A stretch of DNA of 64,000 bases from Calditrichota bacterium. Its GTDB lineage: Bacteria; Electryoneota; AABM5-125-24; Hatepunaeales; Hatepunaeaceae. The position numbers and the translations under genes are program-made. Below, piece by piece: positions 27,504 through 36,606 of the stretch; within the stretch, counting starts at the first letter, position 1; each line of letters opens with the position of its first letter. The stretch covers positions 19,639 to 83,638 of the forward strand of contig JABGPL010000003.1 in NCBI GenBank assembly GCA_018644935.1, read 5' to 3'. The notes under the pieces were generated by a model, which was not told where the DNA came from, did not search any database, and was given only the letters and a program-made list of their open reading frames with translations.

Positions 27504-28430
27504 TTAAAACTTCAGAACTCCTTTTTCACGCAGTGCAAGATACGCCGCTCCGAATACTCCGGCAGAATCGCCCATCTTTGCTTTGATTATTGGAATTTCT
27601 CCTCGAGGTATTCCAAAAAGTGATTTCTTTAGAAATTCGGGTACTTGCTCGTACCAGATTGGGAGGTTTGAGACTCCACCGCCTAATATTATCGCTTCAA
27701 GGTCGAAGGCAACAACGGCATTGGCAAAAATCTCACCCATCATATGGCAACTTTCATCGAACAACTTTATCGCGAACTGATCTCCCTCGAGATAGAGTTT
27801 ATATATATCTTCCGCACCAATTTTATTGCAACCCATCTCTTCGAAACGCCTGCTCAAACTCGACCCTGATAGATACGCTTCCGCACAACCACGCCGCCCG
27901 CACTCGCACAATCGGCCCATGTAGTCAATTGTAGTGTGGCCGATTTCACCAGCACCACCGTGAGCTCCGCGATAGAGCTTATTATCGAGAATCAATCCGT
28001 AGCCCATCCCGGTACCGATAATCACTGCCAATACATAGCTGTACTTGTCCGAGCAGGATGCAAAATATTCTGCTAAACCCAGGCAATTCGCATCATTTTC
28101 TATGATCAACGGAACTTTCAACTTGTCTCGGAGTTTGCTCATAAAACCGGGTGTTTCATAGATAGGTGTATGTGGAACACCGTAAATTGTGTCCTTTTCA
28201 TCGATATATGTGCCAGGAGCCCCCATGCCGACTGCGGAATATGATTTGCCACCCGCAGCGGCATTTATGACATACAAAATGTTATCAACTACCCTGTCAA
28301 GCCCTCCCTCAGGCTCAACTAAAACCCGCTCACGTCCTTGCAATTCGCGGTTAGCATCCAGCATACAGGCTTCAACTTTGGTGCCACCGAGGTCGACACC
28401 TATTACGTTATCACTCATTTTGTTCCACAT
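27504..28430 (-). CDS. ROK-family sugar kinase (glucokinase/N-acetylglucosamine kinase-like)
   Basis: IGVDLGGTKVEA ATP-binding N-terminus, GAGEIGH, and the ROK zinc motif CECGRRGCAEAY. ATG 28418 is an alternative start. Confidence 0.85.
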   Translation of the reverse strand: MWNKMSDNVIGVDLGGTKVEACMLDANRELQGRERVLVEPEGGLDRVVDNILYVINAAAGGKSYSAVGMGAPGTYIDEKDTIYGVPHTPIYETPGFMSKLRDKLKVPLIIENDANCLGLAEYFASCSDKYSYVLAVIIGTGMGYGLILDNKLYRGAHGGAGEIGHTTIDYMGRLCECGRRGCAEAYLSGSSLSRRFEEMGCNKIGAEDIYKLYLEGDQFAIKLFDESCHMMGEIFANAVVAFDLEAIILGGGVSNLPIWYEQVPEFLKKSLFGIPRGEIPIIKAKMGDSAGVFGAAYLALREKGVLKF

Positions 28431-28566
28431 TTATCGCCGAACTGACCTGCATTACCCCATTCGGGGGTAAAACTACCTCAATGTACTTTTATTATAACCT
28501 GTAAATTTGTTTTGTGCAAAAGAAAATCACTTGGCAGGACATACCATGAAAAATACTCCCGATTTA

Positions 28567-29997
28567 TCAACAAATTGAGCGGAGTATTTCTTCATATGTA
28601 ACCATCGTTTCAGCTTTTGATAACCGGGAGTTATGACAGAGTAGTGTGAAGTCTCCGTGATACTTGCGAACTATATCCGCAAAGCGGATAGCCTCATCTT
28701 TTATTTGACTCCAATTGCCCCTCATGTAGTCCAGCACTGAAGCATCCATAACCAAGAGCGGTCTTTCACGAAGCTTGAGTTTTTTCCGGGTTTGAAGATT
28801 AAAGACAGGGTGTTCATAACATACACCACTCCTGAAGCCCGGTCGCTCCGCAAATCCGATTGAACTGTCATAGGTAAGACCAACATCCTCATAATTCTGC
28901 CATGTCTCTGGATTTGACCAACGCAGATAATGTTGCCTTCCTCCCCTATTTGCCTGCTGAATTCCCGCCAAATTGCAAGAGTTTTTTAATGCCTCAATCT
29001 CTCGTTTTGTCTGTTCCGGATCTTTGTAAGTTTTGTAGCTGGGATGTATCCCTATTTCCTGGTTTTTCAAATTAAGATTTTTTAAAATATCCAGTATCCA
29101 TTCCCAGCTTAACTGATAAAAACCATCGTATTTGACTTCGGTCCGCCCAGCTAAAAAATTGAAACATCCACTTAACCCGTATTTGCTGTTTATCCCTGCA
29201 ATCTCACCGAGATTGTTAAACGGATCTTTTTGCAAGATAAACTCCTTGCCTTTCTTCACCATCCCCAAACGGGAGGAAGTGTTTACAATAGCCCTGTTGG
29301 CTGCGTTAGAGATGCTTCGGTCTTTGACAACATCAACCACGAGCGAACGGAGGAATTGGGGAAATGGTTGCCATGCATATTCGAGTAAGTCATCCACATC
29401 ATGGCTGACAAGAACCTGAAACTTGCGCCCTTTCCGCTTTAATTCTGGCCATAGTTTAGATAGAGCCCACCAGAGCAGCTCAAGATAACAGTTCACAATG
29501 GGAATGTCGGTAAATCGCTCCCGATAAGCAAGTGATGACTCCATTGGAAAGCGATCATGTGAGTCACGTTCCGCCATGACGAGCTCCTCATACCGCGTAA
29601 GCATAAAAAATGCACTGCCAAAGACATCTATCCCGATTTCTATCTCTTTCTCAGTCAGCTTGATAAAACCACCCTTTTGATTTGGTTTCCCAAATATAAC
29701 GGGAACTGATTGTGGTAATTCTTCGAGGTGTAGGTTGTCTTTAGCGGGTATCCAAACAGGTAGTGGAGATGTCGGCAGAGATACTTCCTGCAACCAATCT
29801 GAATCCGGTGTCTTGAATAGTCCATCGTGGAATATTAACTTTCTGTTGTCGGAAGCATTTTGTGAGGTTATGGTCAGCTGGCTTGAGTCTTTTTCTACAA
29901 TTTCATAGTCCACCCCGAGAAATTCTTTTAACAAGACATCCAGAATATACTTCTTCTCGGGGAGATAGGTGTTGCTTGTGGATATTTGCAGCTTCAT
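28567..29997 (-). CDS. hypothetical protein, possible polysaccharide deacetylase-like (CE4-superfamily) fold
   Basis: 476-aa ORF. VLVSHDVDD, IGIHPSY and RQHYLRW blocks are reminiscent of divergent deacetylase-type metal-binding sites. This is a weak by-eye call. Confidence 0.3.
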   Translation of the reverse strand: MKLQISTSNTYLPEKKYILDVLLKEFLGVDYEIVEKDSSQLTITSQNASDNRKLIFHDGLFKTPDSDWLQEVSLPTSPLPVWIPAKDNLHLEELPQSVPVIFGKPNQKGGFIKLTEKEIEIGIDVFGSAFFMLTRYEELVMAERDSHDRFPMESSLAYRERFTDIPIVNCYLELLWWALSKLWPELKRKGRKFQVLVSHDVDDLLEYAWQPFPQFLRSLVVDVVKDRSISNAANRAIVNTSSRLGMVKKGKEFILQKDPFNNLGEIAGINSKYGLSGCFNFLAGRTEVKYDGFYQLSWEWILDILKNLNLKNQEIGIHPSYKTYKDPEQTKREIEALKNSCNLAGIQQANRGGRQHYLRWSNPETWQNYEDVGLTYDSSIGFAERPGFRSGVCYEHPVFNLQTRKKLKLRERPLLVMDASVLDYMRGNWSQIKDEAIRFADIVRKYHGDFTLLCHNSRLSKAETMVTYEEILRSIC

Positions 29998-30020
29998 TGA
30001 ATTTGGTGTGAGTTCGATCC

Positions 30021-30605
30021 TTAACCCTTCAGCGCTAATTTGACCAGGTCCTCAACCGGAGCATCTGAACCGAGTTTTTTTCGAGCTGCCCGGATTGCAT
30101 CATCTGCCTTGGCAATTGGGTAGCCCAGAACCTCCAGGGCTCTAACGGCTTCAGTGGTCGCTGATGCTTCACCTCCGGGGATGTCCTCAACATCTGCATG
30201 CTTGACTTTTAACCTGGATTTTAAATCGACAAGCAGCTTTTCAGCAGTCCTTTTACCAATCCCGGAAACTGTTGTTAACATCTTTACATCTTGATCTGCA
30301 ACAACCCTGACAAGTTGATTTGGACCAAACCGTGAGAGAATGGCGAGCGCGAGTTTCGGACCGACGCCACTGATTTTTAACAGCGTTATAAACAAATCCC
30401 GCTCCGAAGAACTCTCGAAACCATAAAGGTCGAGAATATCCTCACGGACGTGGAGATATGTGATCAGTGTGACAGTTTCACCGAGTTTGCCGAGGTTTTC
30501 ATAAGTTCCAAGTGTTACCGTCAGAGCAAATCCAACTCCTCCTACATCAACAACAGCTTCCGAAACCGTTTTCTTGATCAGCTTGCCACTAATTCTATCT
30601 ATCAT
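30021..30605 (-). CDS. ruvA: Holliday junction branch migration complex subunit RuvA
   Basis: MIDRISGKL...VDVGGVGF...LLKISGVGPKLALAILS...VSGIGKRTAEKL gives the OB fold plus two HhH motifs and the C-terminal domain III. Confidence 0.9.
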   Translation of the reverse strand: MIDRISGKLIKKTVSEAVVDVGGVGFALTVTLGTYENLGKLGETVTLITYLHVREDILDLYGFESSSERDLFITLLKISGVGPKLALAILSRFGPNQLVRVVADQDVKMLTTVSGIGKRTAEKLLVDLKSRLKVKHADVEDIPGGEASATTEAVRALEVLGYPIAKADDAIRAARKKLGSDAPVEDLVKLALKG

Positions 30606-30622
30606 TTGGTTGTATGTCTTTT

Positions 30623-30641
30623 GTTAGTGTACGGGCACGAC
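30623..30641. repeat. REP-like hairpin GGGCACGA-CGC-TCGTGCCC
   Basis: 8-bp perfect stem. A related GGCAC-AGGCGCG-GTGCC hairpin lies at 30709-30725. The GGGCACG core recurs at 55624-55644 and 55940-55948. Confidence 0.6.
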
Positions 30642-30737
30642 GCTCGTGCCCCTGTCTGAATATCTGGAGCATTTGCGTTTTAGTGATACATTATCGCAGA
30701 ATGAACACGGCACAGGCGCGGTGCCCAAAAAAACATC

Positions 30738-32684
30738 TTAGCCTTTTTTACTCGTTACAACTCTCCACAGCAGGAAAGTCATTATCGAGAACATCAACAC
30801 TGAAACTGCTCCAGAGAATGGCAGCTCATTAAACAGTGGTGATTTGATTGCAGCAAGCCATTCTACCTTTTCACGCCCGTAAACGAAAAGCGCGATTAAC
30901 ACTCCTATTGTCGCATCACCCGCAACCAATCCTGATCCAAACAACACGCCGCGTTCGCGTGCTTCTTTTACATTATTGCCACTACGACTTCTTTCGAGCA
31001 TGCCGCGCAAGAAACCGCCGACCATAATCGGAACGGATAAACTTACCGGTAAGTATAAACCAACCGCGAAGGGTAATGACGGTATCTTCATAAACTCTAC
31101 AATAGCAGCGAGACCCATTCCTGTGAATACGAACATCCACGGCAGGTTACGGTCCATAACCCCTTCGACGACCAATTTCATCAGTGTGGCCTGTGGAGCA
31201 GGCAATTTATCTGAGCCAATTGTGAAGGCTGCATCAAGCAAAAGAACAACAGAACCAACAACTGTCGCTGATGTCAGCACCCCAATAAACTGACCAGTCT
31301 GCTGTCTGAAAGGAGTCGCTCCAATAAGGAACCCGGTTTTTAGGTCTTGGGAAATATCTCCGGCAGCGGAAATTCCAACACATACTACCGCTCCGACGAT
31401 TAGGGCCATAAACTTACCTTCAGATCCTGTCCAGCCAAATGCTGAAAACATCAATGCCGTCCCAAGCAGAGCTGCAATTGTCATTCCTGACACAGGCAGC
31501 GACGAACCCCCGACAAGTCCAACGACCCTTGAAGCAACTGAGGCAAAGAAAAAAGTAAATAAGACTACCAGAACCGCACCGATCAGATTCAGTTTGAGTG
31601 AGGGCATCAACCAGATCAATATTGCAATCACAACCGCGCCACCGATCACAAAACTACCCGGAAGATCTCGGGACGTTCGAGGTTCGTTCTTGTTGACTTT
31701 GAAGTTGAATCCCTCAAGCGATGCTTTGAAAGAACTGGCAATTGTCGGTATTGCTCTTACCAGAGAGACAATCCCACCGAGCGCAACAGCTCCAGCACCA
31801 ATGTAGCGGATGTACCTGTTCCAAATATCACCTGGTTCCATATCCGTAATCAACACAGTAGAAGGATATAGCGGTGTTGACATCCCTTCACCGATATAAG
31901 CAATTAACGGTATCAATACTATCCATGCCAGAGCACCTCCACTCATCATCATGGCAGCAATTCGAGGTCCGACGATGAACCCGACACCAAGCAGAGCGGG
32001 ATAACTGTCCATTCCGACCTGACATTTCTTTATGAATGGAATATTTATATGCGGAACCTCTTTCCATAACCCCGCCATGTTCGCATCCATGAGGAATTTA
32101 TAAAGTGCCCCAAGACCTAATCCTGCGAAGACTATTTTAAATTTTGAGCCCCCTTCCTCGCCAGCAACCAGAACCTCACCACAACCTGTACCCTCCGGGT
32201 AAGGGAGTTTTCCATGTTCCTTGACAATTAGGTAACGACGTAATGGGATCATCATCAGGATACCGAGCATGCCGCCCAATGCCGCAACGGAAAACAGGGT
32301 GATCAATGCTGGTTTCATTCCCATCAATATTAGAGCTGGTACTGTAAAAATGACACCTGCAGCAATTGATTCACCGGCAGAGCCGATTGTCTGAACAATA
32401 TTGTTTTCGAGGACATTTCCGGTTTTGAAAAGCCCTCGTAAGATACCCATTGAAATCACAGATACCGGAATTGAAGCCGTAACCGTCAAGCCGACCTTCA
32501 AACCGAGGTAAGCATTCGCTGCGGCAAAGACAATTCCCAGAATTGAACCGAGGATTACTGCACGAATTGTGAATTCTTTTAATGTTTTTTCAGGTGGAAC
32601 ATATGGCTGGTAATCTTTACCATCCATGATCTTGTACGCGTCAGGGCTTAGACCCTTTTGCCTGGGTGACTTGTTCTCGGACAC
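30738..32684 (-). CDS. OPT-family oligopeptide transporter
   Basis: 648-aa polytopic membrane protein. The N-terminus (EFTIRAVILGSILGIVFAAANAYLGLKVGLTVTASIP) and overall glycine-rich TM pattern are typical of bacterial OPT transporters. Confidence 0.8.
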   Translation of the reverse strand: MSENKSPRQKGLSPDAYKIMDGKDYQPYVPPEKTLKEFTIRAVILGSILGIVFAAANAYLGLKVGLTVTASIPVSVISMGILRGLFKTGNVLENNIVQTIGSAGESIAAGVIFTVPALILMGMKPALITLFSVAALGGMLGILMMIPLRRYLIVKEHGKLPYPEGTGCGEVLVAGEEGGSKFKIVFAGLGLGALYKFLMDANMAGLWKEVPHINIPFIKKCQVGMDSYPALLGVGFIVGPRIAAMMMSGGALAWIVLIPLIAYIGEGMSTPLYPSTVLITDMEPGDIWNRYIRYIGAGAVALGGIVSLVRAIPTIASSFKASLEGFNFKVNKNEPRTSRDLPGSFVIGGAVVIAILIWLMPSLKLNLIGAVLVVLFTFFFASVASRVVGLVGGSSLPVSGMTIAALLGTALMFSAFGWTGSEGKFMALIVGAVVCVGISAAGDISQDLKTGFLIGATPFRQQTGQFIGVLTSATVVGSVVLLLDAAFTIGSDKLPAPQATLMKLVVEGVMDRNLPWMFVFTGMGLAAIVEFMKIPSLPFAVGLYLPVSLSVPIMVGGFLRGMLERSRSGNNVKEARERGVLFGSGLVAGDATIGVLIALFVYGREKVEWLAAIKSPLFNELPFSGAVSVLMFSIMTFLLWRVVTSKKG

Positions 32685-32835
32685 GATACCTCACTGGTTG
32701 AATTCATGAAAGGAGTGACTGATTATTGAATATAAAGAAAATAGTACTTAAACAACTTTAGATGATCATTGTTTTATACATATAACAAAATAATTATATT
32801 AACATGACGAGAATTTGTGGGATTTGTGACATTTG

Positions 32836-32920
32836 GTAGCGTAGGCGTCCCTGCCTGCGTTACCAATTCAGACTTAATTATGATTTTCGAGAACATTGCA
32901 GGCGGGGACGCCTATGCTAC
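32836..32920. repeat. inverted-repeat element, copy 2
   Basis: Left arm GTAGCGTAGGCGTCCCTGCCTGCG is identical to 17332-17355. Right arm TGCAGGCGGGGACGCCTATGCTAC differs from copy 1 at a few positions. The interior is unrelated. Confidence 0.8.
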
Positions 32921-32960
32921 ATCCAATAAGGTTTAAAACATCCGCCTTCCAACTCCATTA

Positions 32961-33866
32961 ATGCTCTGGATTGAACCCTCCGGAGCCTGTAATCTTAAAT
33001 GCCCTGGATGCCCTACTGGCACAGGGACTGGCAGTGGCGTAATGCACTACAAAGATTTTGTGAAGGTAATAGATCAAGTCCCTTTTGTAAAGCTGCTTAA
33101 TCTCTGGCATCGCGGTGAACCTCTGATGGCTCCAGGTTTCGCTGATATCGTTTCTGAAGCGACCAGACGTGGTATCAGATCTCAGACACATACAAACGGA
33201 ACACTTCTCGCTCGTAAAGATACAGCAGAAAGAATTGTCGAATCTGGATTAACTCGAATTGGTATTGGAATCGATGGATCTGACGAGGAAACGTACCATA
33301 GTTTTCGTAGTGGCGGGAAGCTGGAACAAGTTGAAGCTGGAGTTCGGGCATTAGTTGAAGCTCGAAAAAAACTAAAATCCAGGAAACCCAGAATTATTGC
33401 TGAATGTCTCGTATCAAATCAAAATCAGGCACAATTCAGTGCCGTAGAAAAGATGGCTATTTCCTGGGGATGTGATGCAGTTAAGTTCAAGACATATTAT
33501 ATTGATGACTTAACTAATACTGAAAATGCTTTGAAAAAACTTCCGAACGACAGAAGACTCTGGCGATATATTATCAACGATAACTGCCTTGAAATGAAAA
33601 GGACTCGCTTGAAATGCCGTCGGTTGGCATTTTCAGCGGTGATCGCATGGAACGGAGATGTTCTGCCCTGTTGCTTCGACAGTGACGCGCGGTATGTTTT
33701 GGGCAATGCGTTTCGGGAACCATGGCGGGAAATTTGGAAGGGTGAAAAGATCAAAGATTTCAATCGTAAGGTTAATAAAAACAACAGGAATGATACTGCC
33801 ATGTGCAGAAACTGTACAGAGGGTCTAAGCCGCCTGTATATCCCTAACCGACAGGTTACACGATGA
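32961..33866 (+). CDS. radical SAM enzyme with SPASM/twitch C-terminal domain
   Basis: CNLKCPGCP (CxxxCxxC) at residues 10-18. The C-terminal Cys cluster is CRRLAFSAVIAWNGDVLPCCFD...CRNCTEG. Confidence 0.8.
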   Translation: MLWIEPSGACNLKCPGCPTGTGTGSGVMHYKDFVKVIDQVPFVKLLNLWHRGEPLMAPGFADIVSEATRRGIRSQTHTNGTLLARKDTAERIVESGLTRIGIGIDGSDEETYHSFRSGGKLEQVEAGVRALVEARKKLKSRKPRIIAECLVSNQNQAQFSAVEKMAISWGCDAVKFKTYYIDDLTNTENALKKLPNDRRLWRYIINDNCLEMKRTRLKCRRLAFSAVIAWNGDVLPCCFDSDARYVLGNAFREPWREIWKGEKIKDFNRKVNKNNRNDTAMCRNCTEGLSRLYIPNRQVTR

Positions 33867-34816
33867 GCCAGAGGGTTTTCTTTTTCATTAAAGTTGCTGT
33901 CGCGTTAATTCTGCTCAGTTTGATATTTTTCACCGTTGAGCTCGGAGATATCTGGGAGGCTCTGAAAACGGCCCGTTTCAGCCTCATAATTTTCGGCGTA
34001 GCCTTAATGCCAGTTAATCTATTCCTGCAAATTTTCAAATGGCGATATTTGGTAGGCCTTGTACACCCCAAAGTCACATGGAATGAAACATATGGCTCGC
34101 TGCTTGCAGGTATTTCCTTTGGAATAATAACTCCGGGGCGGATAGGTGAATATAGTCGATCACTATTTATTAAAGATGTTCCACCTCTGAAATTAGTCGG
34201 GTTAACTGTTATAGACAAGTTTTACAACCTTGGGTGTACAGTCGCATTTGGTTTGCCGGCCCTAATGACTCTTCCCTGGGCAAATCAGTTAATATCTGGC
34301 TATATGTTCGTCTCGATGATGATTCTGATTTTTATTATTAACGGAATCCTACTTTGGGCAGCAATCGATCCCAGACCGGTTCGAAGTCTTATATATGCCC
34401 TGCAAATGATGTTCCCTCGAAAAGATCACATCGCCCGGCTACTAGGTGGACTGGACAGGTTCAGTGCTCCACAGGCTCGAAAAACACTTGTACTTTCCCT
34501 GTTGCATTATACTGTTTTCCATTTGCAGTATTTTTTTCTGATTAGCGGATTTGCTAAAATCGATTTTTTCTCGAGCCTCCGCGCCGCTGCAGCCATTCTA
34601 TTTACTAAATCAGCATTACCAATAGCAATTGGTGATCTGGGGCTCGATCAACATATCTCCATGCAGTTCTTCGGTGAATTTGGTGTGGCAGATTCTGCGG
34701 CATTTAATGCATCGATTCTCATGTTTACTGCTAATATATTAATACCAGCTCTTATTGGAGTATTATTTGTCAGTCGACTCCAGCAAAGGGAGAAATATCA
34801 GGAAAAAATCCAGTGA
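33863..34816 (+). CDS. flippase-like membrane protein (UPF0104 / LPG-synthase TM-region family)
   Basis: 317-aa polytopic protein. The segment KWRYL...GSLLAGISFGIITPGRIGEYSR fits the family pattern. It overlaps both neighbours by 4 nt. Confidence 0.6.
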   Translation: MSQRVFFFIKVAVALILLSLIFFTVELGDIWEALKTARFSLIIFGVALMPVNLFLQIFKWRYLVGLVHPKVTWNETYGSLLAGISFGIITPGRIGEYSRSLFIKDVPPLKLVGLTVIDKFYNLGCTVAFGLPALMTLPWANQLISGYMFVSMMILIFIINGILLWAAIDPRPVRSLIYALQMMFPRKDHIARLLGGLDRFSAPQARKTLVLSLLHYTVFHLQYFFLISGFAKIDFFSSLRAAAAILFTKSALPIAIGDLGLDQHISMQFFGEFGVADSAAFNASILMFTANILIPALIGVLFVSRLQQREKYQEKIQ

Positions 34817-35961
34817 TGGAAATATGGGCGATATGTTTAATTCTTGGTGGTGGTGTCTATCTGATTTTTGTCAGCAAAATAATCAGTGGTCTTATTAGAC
34901 TACAATCCGAAACCGCTATAAACAGCGACTACACTCCACGGGTTTCCATTGTCATTGCCGCCAGAAATGAAGAAAAAGATATTGAAAATACACTTCAACA
35001 TGTTCTCGCTCAGGATTATTCAGAGGAAATGTATGAAGTAATTGTCGTGGATGACAGATCTGAAGATGATACCTCCAAAATTGTTAAGACACTCAGTGAA
35101 ACAGATCCACGAGTTCAGCATATTCGACAAACTGAAATAGAAGAACATCTCAGCCCCAAAAAACAAGCACTCGAACGAGGCATCCAAACCGCAATCGGCG
35201 AGATAATTATCACAACTGATGCCGACTGCATCCCTGCGAAAGGATGGATCCGTGCACTAGTGTCCCGGTTCAAGCCGGACACTGGTATGGTGCTCGGACA
35301 GGCTCGATTTGAAATAGGAGAGTCACCACCCCTCTGGCAGAGATTACAGTCTCTTGATTTCCGGTCGCAGGGATATGCAGCTGCTGGCTTAGCAGTGTCC
35401 GGAATGCCTTTCAGTTGCACGGGAGCTAGTCTCGCATTCAGAAAACAAGCCTATGAAGATGTCAACGGATATGATGGTGTAACAAAACTCATCTCCGGAG
35501 ACGATGAGTTACTGCTTGCAAAAATCTGTCAGTCAAAATGGAAGGTCAACGTAAGTCGCGAAACAGATGTCGTTGTGCCAACACGTCCACCTCTTTCGCT
35601 TCATGAACTGTGGTTTCAGAGAATTCGCTGGGGATCCAAGGCCCTGTTTATTCAAACTTCCAGAAAGCTTTTTCTGATGGGAGTTTTTCTATTTCTTCTT
35701 TCATTATCTATCGGTCCAATTGTATCCATTCTTTTCTCTTCATGGTGGTTGTTGATAGGGATGTTTACACTTAAGTGTGTCCTCGACTTGTTATCAGTCG
35801 CGATTGGAAAAACCGTCTACCGGGAGAAAGTTAACTGGATTGATTTCTTCTTACTTGAGCTCATTCATGCACCAGCATTGGTTCTATTGACAACTGCCGG
35901 TCACATTTTCAGCTTTGAATGGAAGGGACAGACATTTCACAGCCAGGGATCTGCAAAATGA
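34813..35961 (+). CDS. processive family-2 glycosyltransferase (NodC/IcaA/PgaC-like)
   Basis: VSIVIAARNEE, VVDDRSEDDT, TTDADC, SGDDELLL and QRIRWGSK (QxxRW), with N- and C-terminal TM helices. Confidence 0.8.
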   Translation: MMEIWAICLILGGGVYLIFVSKIISGLIRLQSETAINSDYTPRVSIVIAARNEEKDIENTLQHVLAQDYSEEMYEVIVVDDRSEDDTSKIVKTLSETDPRVQHIRQTEIEEHLSPKKQALERGIQTAIGEIIITTDADCIPAKGWIRALVSRFKPDTGMVLGQARFEIGESPPLWQRLQSLDFRSQGYAAAGLAVSGMPFSCTGASLAFRKQAYEDVNGYDGVTKLISGDDELLLAKICQSKWKVNVSRETDVVVPTRPPLSLHELWFQRIRWGSKALFIQTSRKLFLMGVFLFLLSLSIGPIVSILFSSWWLLIGMFTLKCVLDLLSVAIGKTVYREKVNWIDFFLLELIHAPALVLLTTAGHIFSFEWKGQTFHSQGSAK

Positions 35962-36590
35962 ACATGAACTTCTTACCCAATTTTGCAGGAATGATCTTCA
36001 GGGATGTTGTGTCACAGGGGGACAGGAGTGGCGTATATCTGACCTTTGATGATGGTCCGGATCCTGACTCAACTCCCGAAATCATCCGTATTCTAAATCA
36101 GACGAAATGCCCAGCAACATTCTTTGTAACTGGATATCAAGCAGAAAAGCATCCGTCCATCGTCGAGCGAATTCATAGAGAGGGAAACTCTATCGGGTCA
36201 CATGGATATCATCATAAATCACTCCTTTTCCGAACAGCAAACCAGGTCCTCCATGAAATCCGTAGGACTAAAGATGTGATCTCCAAAATCACCGGTGAAT
36301 CGACTCGTCTCTTCAGACCTCCTTACGGCAGGTTTGGTCTTTCTCATTTGGATGTCGTTCGTAATCAGAAGTCAAAAATGGTTTTATGGTCTTTATCCGG
36401 ACTCGATTGGAAATCACAGGAAAGTAATGAGATTGTACGACGGGTAACCAAAAGAATTAAATCAGGAGATATTGTTTTGCTGCATGATCGTGGTCAGGGA
36501 GTCAGAGCAACGATCTCCGCATTACCACTTGTTATTGATGGGATCCGAAGCAGGGGATTTGAGCTTAAAAAACTTGGTGGTAATATATGA
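35958..36590 (+). CDS. polysaccharide deacetylase (CE4 / NodB homology domain)
   Basis: CE4 motifs YLTFDDGPDP, GSHGYHH and LFRPPYGRF. ATG 35958 overlaps the GT2 stop (ATGA). The track start at 35919 is probably an over-extension. Confidence 0.85.
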   Translation: MNMNFLPNFAGMIFRDVVSQGDRSGVYLTFDDGPDPDSTPEIIRILNQTKCPATFFVTGYQAEKHPSIVERIHREGNSIGSHGYHHKSLLFRTANQVLHEIRRTKDVISKITGESTRLFRPPYGRFGLSHLDVVRNQKSKMVLWSLSGLDWKSQESNEIVRRVTKRIKSGDIVLLHDRGQGVRATISALPLVIDGIRSRGFELKKLGGNI

Positions 36591-36606
36591 TAATCATCTA
36601 TTTAGC

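Noticed and set aside
32804-32839. 11-codon ORF MTRICGICDIW upstream of the radical SAM/SPASM gene as a possible RiPP precursor
   Set aside because: It is too short, has no ribosome-binding sequence, and its stop lies inside the REP-like element arm. The downstream operon is glycan-type (GT2/CE4), not peptide-maturation type. It is probably a chance ORF.
17332-32920. CRISPR array formed by the recurring palindromic repeats
   Set aside because: The copies are kilobases apart rather than regularly spaced by 25-50 bp spacers. There are at most two or three copies per family, and no cas genes are in the window.
36472-36606. N-terminal extensions of track ORFs (36472, 38312, 22049, 15459, 49146, 53671, 35919, 8378)
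   Set aside because: The extensions overlap upstream genes or run through repeats. They lack signal or family features, whereas internal ATG/GTG starts give proper signal peptides, conserved N-termini or ATGA/GTGA coupling. I moved the starts accordingly.
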